Of a stretch of DNA of 64,000 nt, positions 54,235 to 64,000 are shown piece after piece. The notes beneath the pieces were generated by a model, which searched no databases, was not told where the DNA came from, and saw nothing but the letters and a program-made list of their open reading frames with translations. Positions within the stretch are counted from its first letter, which is position 1. The number at the start of each line of letters is the position of its first letter. The translations under genes were made by a program, and so were the position numbers. Source of the stretch: Eledone cirrhosa (taxonomy: Eukaryota); assembly GCA_964016885.1 (NCBI GenBank), contig OZ024742.1:354516001-354580000 (forward strand). Direction: 5' to 3'.

Positions 54235-54719
54235 TTACCTATCTTCCGGCCTTTCTAGAGAATCGTGAAAGCACATATCGTTATATGCTTTTTCTATGAA
54301 AATTAGTAGTGGGCAGACCAATTTGCATAGAGCGTGAGTACGTACCGGTTCAACGGAGACGATAAAAACAAATAGCGAAACGAAATTAAATTTCGTTTCG
54401 TTTGTAACTCACTTTTGTATGACTGACGCTTAAACAATTAAGTTAAAAATGTACATCCACATATGTATACTGAAGTACTAGTATTCATATGAATACACAC
54501 AAGTGTACATATGTAGATGTACCGACTTTTTCACTGGTCACTTTGCTGTGAGTGTCCAGCTATTCTGTATGTAAACACACAGACAAACCGGTTTTTAGAG
54601 TTGAACCGGTACGTACTCACGCTCTATGCAAATTGGTCTGCCCACTACTAATTTTCATAGAAAAAGCATATAACGATATGTGCTTTCACGATTCTCTAGA
54701 AAGGCCGGAAGATAGGCAA

Positions 54720-54762
54720 ATATTGCTGATGAGATTTAACAACATCGAAACTAGTCCAATAT
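54720..54762 (+). ncRNA. Type I hammerhead ribozyme (inverted unit)
   Basis: ATATTG-CTGATGA-GATTT(AACA)ACATC-GAAA-CTAG-TC-CAATAT. Confidence 0.88.
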
Positions 54763-55020
54763 TCCTTGTCTGGCTTTCTGGAGAATAGAGGAAAGGTGTT
54801 TCCTCAAAACCAGTATGACTCTAAAAACCGGTATGTCTGTGTGTTTACATACAGAATAGCTGGACACTCACAGTAAAGTGACCAGTGAAAAAGTCGGTAC
54901 ATCTTCATATGTACACGTGTGTGTATTCGTATGCATACTAGTATTTCAGTATACATATGTGGATGTACATTTTTAACTTAATTGTTTATATATATAAATG
55001 TTACACATAAACACACACAA

Positions 55021-55093
<73 letters not shown>

Positions 55094-55101
55094 TAACGAT
55101 A

Positions 55102-55206
<105 letters not shown>

Positions 55207-55347
55207 CGAAGGAAATGTGGTAAGGAACCTGGTGGACCATAACGCACCGAAGTACTCAATACTAAGGGTAGTAGCGTGGATAATAGGAACTAGTAAGACC
55301 CCGACGGCTGAGCTCGAGCCGTTTCGACGTCGGTTCTTACTTGTTCC

Positions 55348-55376
<29 letters not shown>

Positions 55377-55378
<2 letters not shown>

Positions 55379-55591
55379 AACATATGAAACAATCACAGGG
55401 GATAATTTGTAAAGGTGGGTAACTAATTAAAGTTTAACTAAAACTTCAAAAATAGATACGTTATAAATTGATTAATCAATTTATAAGGCATCTAATTTTG
55501 AAGTTCTAGTTAAACTTTAATTAGTTACCCACATAGCTGTGTGTACTTACACACTTTTACAGATTATTCCCTGTGGTTGTTTCATATGTTT

Positions 55592-55592
<1 letters not shown>
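55377..55592. repeat. Spacer-less palindrome between (TA)n tracts
   Basis: Centre TTATAAATTGATTAATCAATTTATAA at ~55461-55486; arms pair out to AAACATATGAAAC/GTTTCATATGTTT with one insertion. Confidence 0.88.
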
Positions 55593-55677
<85 letters not shown>

Positions 55678-55683
<6 letters not shown>

Positions 55684-55877
55684 ATACCTTGGGGGGGGGG
55701 GCATGTTGCCAATAAGGAACACACGCACCAGTTGCGTTCACTTCAATTTATTATATATTTATAAATTTATAAATTTACAAATCTACAAACTTATAACATG
55801 ACCCTCCCAAGGTATAACAATATCGGTTTCAACACACGATTTCAGATAAAGAATCTTGCTAAACAAATTCAGAAACG

Positions 55878-55880
<3 letters not shown>
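55678..55880. repeat. Repeat with inverted segment, homologous to 481-620
   Basis: 55678-55765 is the reverse complement of 481-561; 55795-55880 is a direct copy of 533-620. Confidence 0.85.
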
Positions 55881-55951
<71 letters not shown>

Positions 55952-56096
55952 AGAAATTAAAAGATTGTTAAAAAAGTTCCATCTTTCAATTAATTATTTT
56001 AACTTCCTCTTATATACACTCCAGTCCAATAAATTGTTGAGTGCTACTTATCCGATATATGCATAGTTTTATTGTCCTACAATAAAACTCATCTCG

Positions 56097-56172
<76 letters not shown>

Positions 56173-56179
<7 letters not shown>

Positions 56180-56915
56180 ATATATGTAGAAATAAACACA
56201 GTAAATTATGCGTTTAAAATTACGAGGGTAGATTATACTACAAATGTTTCATATATTTAAACTGAGGCATACAGTAAGATACAAGATTGCCTATACATAC
56301 CGTATCAATCTACCGTCGTAATTTTAGACGCATTTTTACTGTGTTTATTTCTACATATATTAATATTATAATGATCAGTATTTATACTTTTTAATTGCAG
56401 GGTATCAATATGAGTTAATAACTCTATATTTTATTTATTTGTATTTTGGCTCGCTATATAGGTGAGCTTATAAGATGAGCGTAATTAGGCTATTATTTCT
56501 AGCATAATCACTCACACCACATATAGCTTTCAACCCGCGAGGTACATTATTTACTTCCGTGAGTTCTTGTTAGTTGTGATTTGTTTCATTTAATCTAATC
56601 TCTCGCTGATGAAATGCCTAAGGATTATCTGTTACAAACACAATTTTCGTGGCGAAACAGATTAAATCTTTAGTCTGCCCGAGAGATGTAATCATTATTG
56701 ATACGGTATGTATAGGAAATCTTGTATCTTACTGTATGCCTCAGTTTAAATATATAAAACATCTGTGGTATAATCTACCCTCGTAATTTTAGTGCAGAAT
56801 TTATTCTGTTTATTTCTACATATATTAATATTATAATGCTCAGTATGTATAATTTGATCTTGTTAATTACCGGGTATCAATATGAGTTAATAACTCTATA
56901 TTTTATTTATTTGTA
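56173..56915 (+). mobile_element. Retrozyme-like unit: ~465-470-bp period (1.3 copies) with an inverted 5' segment
   Basis: 56311-56444 repeats at 56776-56915; 56173-56309 is the reverse complement of ~56697-56832; hammerhead at 56599-56686. Confidence 0.75.
56599..56686 (+). ncRNA. Type I hammerhead with long helices II and III, cleavage triplet GCC instead of GUC
   Basis: TCTCTCG-CTGATGA-AATGCC...GGC-GAAA-CAGATTAAA(TC)TTTAGTCTG-CC-CGAGAGA. Confidence 0.7.
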
Positions 56916-56918
56916 TAT

Positions 56919-56979
<61 letters not shown>

Positions 56980-56987
<8 letters not shown>

Positions 56988-58964
56988 AATAACAGGAGGC
57001 TGGACTGGTGTAATTCCTTAAAAGGTTTATTATACTATGATCATTTCAATGACCCGGTTCTGTATAAAACGATGACATCATCAGTTATTGGAAATATAAC
57101 GAAGGAATATAATAGACACGATCCATTGCCTGAAAATCAGAGACATAAGGGCGATCGAACATTTACCAGGTTCTGCCTCGGTCGGTCGCCCTCAAGTGGT
57201 GATTATTACGCCTACTTATGTCCATCTGGTGAGGACGTAGGCTTATAGTGCACTACTACCACACCGTCAAAGACAGAGGCCACCATCGAAGTCAGATCAC
57301 AATCAAGCTGGTCCTACATGCTAGAAAGTGCCGCGAAAATATCAAAGAACATATATCTTTAACAGTTCTATATATAGAAATATATAGTGGTCGTCTGCAT
57401 GGTATAATGTATGGACAGGAATTACGATTAACAATTATGTTTAGAATTAGAATATGCCATCTAAGATGAAATTAGAAAAATAAGGTTTAGTTTATAGTTA
57501 AAGAATTTACAGAAGGAGGCTTTTATGAAAAAGTTTAAGCGTATTATAGATAGTCACGATGAAGTTTCATGGTAGAATACAGAATAAAAATTAAGCCCAT
57601 GCTTAACGGTCAATAACCAGCGATCCGAGCGCCAGGCGTGCAGTCGGGAAAGCGGCCACAGCCGTCGGATCAACGCGTGTACCAAACGATTATTAGTTAT
57701 TCACACCCGTGATGTGAAGTTGAAAGTGGTAAAATCTGATGAAATGAGCAAATAGACTATAAGTAGTCCCCAGCTGGTCCGGGTTATATGTCGTGCTTCC
57801 TGGGTGTGTAAAGGGAGTGAATAAGGGTACAGAGAGTAATATTCTAAGGACGTGTGCTAATGAGTACAATGATACATATATAATGAGAGTAAAGCGAATA
57901 AATAAATGCATAAATAAAACCGTAAGTAAAATACATAAAAACATAAATAAAATGCAGTCATACCTAAGATGGTGATGTAGGGAGTAAAAGGGAAGTATAT
58001 AAGAACAAATCGAAGAAATCACGATACAGAAGAAATAAAATACAGATCAAGGTGCAGTAAATGGGCAATATATAGCACGGTTGGAGAATGCAAGGTTATA
58101 CATATAGATATAGAGGATGGAAGAGTAGCAATGGTATCAGGTGATACCTAGTGTATGTTCGATTCTTAAATTTCAATATGAATCCCAAAAGCTCTGAAAT
58201 ATAGGATAGGGAATTCAGTCAATACAATACAGCGTATAGTAGAATATGTTGATTCTTTGAAGAATCTATGAGGTCTGACGGAGTCTGAATATTCCCGACA
58301 GGGAAGCAGCAATGCATAGTCCAGGTGGGCGGTAGATAAAGCTGAAAGCAGCCAAAATCCGAAAGGTTCGTAGTTAGTCCTATGCTAGTGATAGCTGTAC
58401 AGTGGAATCAGTGTTGCTGTTCATTAATACATCAGAAAGCGCTCGACATTTCCTGTAGCATTATTTATTTAGGTGTGTTGTTTCACCAGTGGATAGAAGT
58501 TTAACGTTTCTAATTGTTAATCGTAATTTCTGTCCCTACATTATACCATGCAGAGGCCCATATATTACTATATATAGATATGTTCAAGATATATGTTCTA
58601 TGATGATTTTTTGCGGCACGTTCTAGCACTCGTGGCCAGCTTGATTGTGACCTGACCTCAACGCTGGCCTCTGTCTTTGACGGTGTGGTAGTAGTGCACT
58701 ATAAGCCTACGTTCCTTCACAAGATGGACACAGGTAGGGGTAATAATCACCACTTGATGGCGACCGACCGAGGCAGAAGCTGCTAAATGTTCGCTCGCCC
58801 TCATGTCCATGTCTCTGATTTTCAGTTCCATGGATTGTGTCTGTTCTATTTCGAATACCTTGTGATGTCACCGGATTCATACTGAACAGGGTCATTGAAA
58901 TGGCCATAGTATAATAAACCTTTTTAAGGAATTACACCAGTCCAGCCTCCTGTTATTTTATAAT
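56980..58964. mobile_element. Probable PLE remnant: ~460-bp inverted pseudo-LTRs around ~1.1 kb
   Basis: 56980-57437 and 58511-58964 are diverged reverse complements, each with a decayed hammerhead (57032-57088 -, 58855-58912 +) followed by AATAAA. Confidence 0.7.
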
Positions 58965-59084
58965 AAGTAACTCCGTAGTCGCACCAACAACTGCACAAAT
59001 GAAGACAGGTGAGTTGCATTACGTTGATGTATCCATACGGAATGACAAGTTCTATCCAGTGGTGAACCAACAAACCTAAATAAG

Positions 59085-59176
<92 letters not shown>

Positions 59177-59219
59177 TGTGTGTGTGTGTGTGTGTGTGTA
59201 TAGGTTTGTTATTCTTATT

Positions 59220-59923
59220 GATTTATTATTTTAAATCGAGACAGGCACACCATATTATTTTAAAATAGTATTTTTCAACCTAGCCGACTTGGTTATTTAC
59301 AATTCGAACACGTGTCTACTTGTATCAGTTTTTATCCCTCTCATATATTCATTTGTATTACACGGCTCGGAAATATTCCCTTATTTGAGCTATTTAATTG
59401 TAAGATACTATTTCAAGTTTATAACTCAATATATAATATTCTCGGCTCCATACGTAGAGCTAATTTTAGTCCCATAAAACCGGCTGCTATTTTTAGCGGT
59501 ACGAGTATGGGACGGGCTAGGCGCAGTGACACATGTGCGTTCTACAACAGATATCTCTCAGTCTTCTTAAGTATTTTGAAGTGAAACGTACCAATGTCTG
59601 GATACCCACAGAAGAGCACAGGAATAGTGACTTTCACTTAATAATTGTTGTGAAACAAATTTAGAATTGGTCCGAGTATCACAGCCATTGCCAATATAGG
59701 TTGGCTATTTTTTAATGATTTATTATTTTAAATCAAGACAGGCAAAGCATTTTATTTTAAATTAGTATTTTTCAACCTAGTTAACTTGGTGATTTGCAAT
59801 TGGAACACATGTCTACTTGTATCAGTATATATACCTCTCATATATTCATTTGTATTACACGGCTTTGAAATATTCCCTTCTCTGAGCTATTTAATTGTAA
59901 AAGACTATTTCGAGTGTATAACT

Positions 59924-59930
<7 letters not shown>
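59220..59930 (+). mobile_element. Retrozyme-like unit: ~497-bp period (1.4 copies) with a decayed hammerhead at 59601-59680
   Basis: 59220-59434 repeats from ~59717. Motif GATACCCA-CAGAAGA-GCACAG...TTGTTGT-GAAA-CAAATT(TAG)AATTGG-TC-CGAGTATC. Confidence 0.65.
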
Positions 59931-59980
<50 letters not shown>

Positions 59981-60482
59981 CAACTCTCTCCATCCACTTT
60001 TCTTGACCATTATCTTTTGTTTGGCACAACATTTTCTAAATGGCTATAAACAATTTCCAAAATACGGGCAGGAAATTTAATGTACTCGCTCACGTGACAG
60101 TCATAATTTCATTTATATCCAATCAAATAACATTTATAAAAAAAACCTTCGTGAGTCACTTTTTAAGTAAAATGAAATCCAAACTCAAACTGGTGCGAAA
60201 GCTGACGTACTAATTCAAGTGACTGCATCAACCAGCGACACTTCATTCATATATGAAAAAACAACCTGAGACCCACTATCCCCTTTCTTTCTTTGAATGC
60301 AAATATAATATGCACTTTGTTAACGCGAGCTGGTGCGAAATTTATTATGCTTATTTACCAACCAACCAAAAAATTTCTTTAAAAACCTGGCATTTCGAGC
60401 CACTTTTTTCCATATAACACAGAAGTAACATTCAAAGCCCAACCAGATGTGAAAAAAATCACAAACCCTACATCTCGATTCT

Positions 60483-60520
60483 ACTTTTGAAAAGCAGAAG
60501 AACTGCGATACCGGTAAAGG
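60483..60520 (+). ncRNA. Variant hammerhead motif (U3/A8 core, family H2), with GAAA read as GATA
   Basis: ACTT-TTGAAAA-GCAG(AAGAA)CTGC-GATA-CCGG-TA-AAGG. Confidence 0.45.
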
Positions 60521-60589
60521 AACCAAATAAATATATATATAAAAAAAAAAAGAATCCAGTTGCATTTTCGATTTCATCTTTATTTCTTA

Positions 60590-61559
60590 CTAGCATTAAA
60601 GCCCGGCGTTGCTCGCATCAGTAAGTTAACACATTTAGGTTGCACCACCCATTTTATGGCAGCACTTTTTTGTCTTCCAGGCACTGGGTGAATGGATTGC
60701 AGACCTGTACTGCCGATTCAGGAGCTGCACCAGAAGTGACAGTTGTAGTCTCGCCTATGGATATTATCTCTGTGCAAATAAGTGTTGAAATCTATGGTTT
60801 CACAGTACTTGCGCAACACGCGCGTAGACGATGCCAGCCGAACAACAGAGCTGCGATGGAGTTGTTCTGTATGGTTGTCTAATATGTGTTTTCTAAATTT
60901 AAGACATTAAGGAGGGCTGTGATATGTGGGAGAGTTAGCTGCTGTTTCTAGCATGTTTAGTGACCTCACAGAGGATATATGTTTTCTAAATTTCAGACAG
61001 TAGGGAAGGGTATGATATGGGGGAGATGTATCTGCTGTTTCTAGCAGGTTTAGTGACCTCATAGAGGATATTATTGTGTATAGTAAATAAACTCATACTT
61101 CTTTTTTCCGCGTTCGTTGAGAGATGTTCTTAAAAAGATTTATCGCTATTTTTTTGGTTGTTGAATACATTTTACTGTTGCTTTTGAATATTTGTTGTTT
61201 CCACCCAAAAACAAACGTTCTCTCTCTCACTCACTCTCTTCTCTCTCTTCTTTCTTCGACGTTCCTAAAGGAAGTTTGTAAGTTTAAGCGTATACAAGAG
61301 AAGTTGCAGCATGTACGTGTATGTAGTTTTATCGAATGTTAAGGGAGTAGAAAGAGGTAATCAGATTGTATTAGAGGTGTAAAGCGTCATGTATTTAGTT
61401 TTATAGATTATTTCCGTAATTGCGGGTGACTTTCAAATAAATAAATAGTTATTGACTTAAGCTAACACATTTACAACATTCTTACAGAGGTTGAGTTGAA
61501 TCGGTTTGAAATTCTGCAACTGTATAGACAAGGAACATGCACACACACACACACACACA

Positions 61560-61630
<71 letters not shown>

Positions 61631-61661
61631 ACACACACAACAACAATCTGCCTTTTATAGA
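60590..61661 (-). mobile_element. Non-autonomous Helitron inserted into an H2 repeat
   Basis: Minus strand begins A|TCTATAAAAGG and ends GCAACGCCGGGC...GCTAG|T with no TSD; the flanks rejoin as the H2 repeat. Internal (GT)n and a ~97-bp tandem duplicate at 60882-61070. Confidence 0.8.
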
Positions 61662-61735
61662 TAATGATACTTTCACTCGTACAGGACACCTCGATTACTT
61701 TTCATTTTGTAAAAAAAACCTCACTTACTAGTATA

Positions 61736-61844
<109 letters not shown>

Positions 61845-61845
61845 C

Positions 61846-61902
<57 letters not shown>

Positions 61903-62168
61903 TTATTTATTTATTAAAACAACAGATTAAAGTTGAATCAACGAATTGCTGTTTTCACTGTTAACGGGCTCTTCTGAAACTAAAAAGATCAATCTGAACC
62001 CAGAAGTAAATATTTCGAAAAACGTTGCAACCGAAGGACAACAAGAATACGATAATTTGGTTTGTGAATACGTTCCTTCTCAATTAACGGAAAAAAAGGG
62101 AAGATAATACGTCATTATATGGAACGCTGATCATTATATGCTTATATATATAAGTGTGTGTGTATGTG

Positions 62169-62203
<35 letters not shown>

Positions 62204-62429
62204 AGTATGCATGTATACGTACATACATATATGTATACAGACGTACAGTAGCATGCACATATATATATATATATACATATATACATACAGGTACACATAC
62301 ATATATGCACGTATCAGTTTAGCGGCGCTAACGTCGCTTTGTTCGTTTGTAAACAAACTGAACAGCCTGAATTTATGCCATACGGTGTTAAGGCAACCAC
62401 GTCACCTTTTTGTTCAACACTGACACAGG

Positions 62430-62474
62430 AACGATGTACTAGTTTCAAGCTTGTTAGCTATCATCAGCATCGTT
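62430..62474 (-). ncRNA. Type I hammerhead ribozyme
   Basis: AACGATG-CTGATGA-TAGCT(AACA)AGCTT-GAAA-CTAG-TA-CATCGTT: GUA site, U.U mismatch at the base of helix II. Confidence 0.88.
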
Positions 62475-62885
62475 TACCCATCTGCCAGATAGTTGAACGT
62501 TCGAAAGTATATACTTTCCTTATGAAAATTAACGGCTGAGCAGCCTAATTTGCATATTGAGTGAGTTAAATCGGTCAGGCATACCGAAAACGATAAATTG
62601 AAACAAAATGAAAACGAAATTTCATTTCTCACTCTTAGTATGGCACTTACTTAAATGTAAGTATGCATGTATACGTACATACATATATGTATACAGACGT
62701 ACAGTAGCATGCACATATATATATATATATACATATATACATACAGGTACACATACATATATGCACGTATCAGTTTAGCGGCGCTAACGTCGCTTTGTTC
62801 GTTTGTAAACAAACTGAACAGCCTGAATTTATGCCATACGGTGTTAAGGCAACCACGTCACCTTTTTGTTCAACACTGACACAGG

Positions 62886-62930
62886 AACGATGTACTAGTT
62901 TCAAGCTTGTTAGCTATCATCAGCATCGTT
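62886..62930 (-). ncRNA. Type I hammerhead ribozyme (second unit)
   Basis: Identical to 62430-62474. Confidence 0.88.
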
Positions 62931-63529
62931 TACCCATCTGCCAGATAGTTGAACGTTCGAAAGTATATACTTTCCTTATGAAAATTAACGGCTGAGCAGC
63001 CTAATTTGCATATTGAGTGAGTTAAATCGGTCAGGCATACCGAAAACGATAAATTGAAACAAAATGAAAACGAAATTTCATTTCTCACTCTTAGTATGGC
63101 ACTTACTTAAATGTAAGTATGCATGTATACGTATATATATATATATATATATATTTGTCCACATGTCAAAAACAACGCATCCTAAGATTTATGGCTTAAC
63201 GAACGCTTCAAACAAGAGTAGCTTTGGAAGACAGGCAGACAGTCGTTCATGCATTCATGCATATATGCACAGGACGATTTCACTGTATGAACGATAAACG
63301 TTGTCTTGTAAATAAATCAATTTTATGATGGATAACGAAACAATGAGCGATGACTACAGAATATCACGTTGAACGAACTTGGCATATATCACAAGGAATT
63401 GGGAGATATTCACACAACATCAGCGACGGGCTTACATATTGAAGCATATCTGAGGATATTTTGATTCCAGAGACAGGTTCGATTAATAATATATATTTCG
63501 TCAAGCTGAATGACAGGGAAACATATGTA

Positions 63530-63690
63530 ATCTATATATCTAAAACAGAGTCTCTGTCTGTCTGTATATCTGTATGTCTGTCTGACTCCTTAAAGCCCGA
63601 GAACCACCCGACCGATTGTTTTCAAATTTCACACATGTAATACTTATGGTGAGTGTTTTTAGCAAAAATAATTTGAAAATGGCAATGGCC
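63530..63690 (+). mobile_element. Probable 5' end of a non-autonomous Helitron
   Basis: A|TCTATATATCTAAAA, then (CTGT)n, then ACCGATTGTTTTCAAATTT; same layout as the 5' end of 60590-61661; no 3' CTAG end recognised. Confidence 0.5.
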
Positions 63691-63858
63691 TACGGACCGC
63701 ATTAGACGATTTAGCGATGTCTCTCTATAATTCTTAGTCTTTCTTTTTAGATAGATACATAGACATAACGTTGCGCCCTTATAATATCTGTATGTATGTC
63801 CGATGTCTGCATTACGACAATATGATGCTGTGTGTGTGTGTATATATATGTATATGTA

Positions 63859-63928
<70 letters not shown>

Positions 63929-64000
63929 TAAAATAACAGATTAAAATTTAAGCAAAGAATCGCTGCTTTCACCCTTAACGGGATCTTCTGAAACTAACAA

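Larger units (their letters stand above)
53433..54987 (-). mobile_element. Retrozyme-like array: 2.5 tandem 466-bp monomers plus an inverted ~390-bp copy, inside (TA)n
   Basis: Units start at 53433, 53899 and 54365; inversion junction at 54600/54601; one hammerhead per complete unit; no meaningful ORF. Confidence 0.85.
62201..63132 (-). mobile_element. Retrozyme-like array: two apparently identical 456-bp monomers plus ~20 bp, inside (TA)n
   Basis: Units start at 62201, 62657 and 63113; one hammerhead per unit. Confidence 0.85.

Noticed and set aside
53277-54788. Repeated 60-82 aa ORFs in the 466-bp array, and 66-70 aa ORFs in the 456-bp array
   Set aside because: No recognisable domain, mostly non-ATG starts, on the strand opposite the ribozymes, and not shared between the two related families.

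Overview
AT-rich animal genomic DNA made almost entirely of transposable elements and microsatellites. No host protein-coding exon, rRNA or bona fide tRNA could be supported. The SINE families and dense (TA)n/(TTA)n tracts suggest a cephalopod, probably Octopus (inference). Three compartments: (1) ~4.8-35.4 kb is a 30-kb pile of non-LTR retrotransposons in (TTA)n/(TAA)n repeats, with six R4/Dong-like (RT+RLE) copies all on the - strand to the left and three Tx1-like (APE+RT) copies plus tRNA-SINEs all on the + strand to the right, meeting head-to-head at ~20.5 kb. (2) 42.3-50.0 kb is a decayed Neptune-type Penelope-like element (RT+GIY-YIG) split by a decayed Gypsy LTR retrotransposon with a GGCG TSD. 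(3) The (TA)n-rich flanks (0-3.4 kb, 39-42 kb, 50-64 kb) hold many non-coding tandem and inverted repeats carrying type I hammerhead ribozyme motifs. The most striking signal is at least five distinct non-coding hammerhead repeat families with monomers of 456-497 bp. Two are young near-identical arrays (53433-54987, 62201-63132) with covarying ribozyme stems. They look like retrozymes (non-autonomous, ribozyme-processed, probably circular-RNA retroelements) mobilised by Penelope-like elements. All alignments and structures were read by eye; ribozyme activity, expression and novelty are untested.
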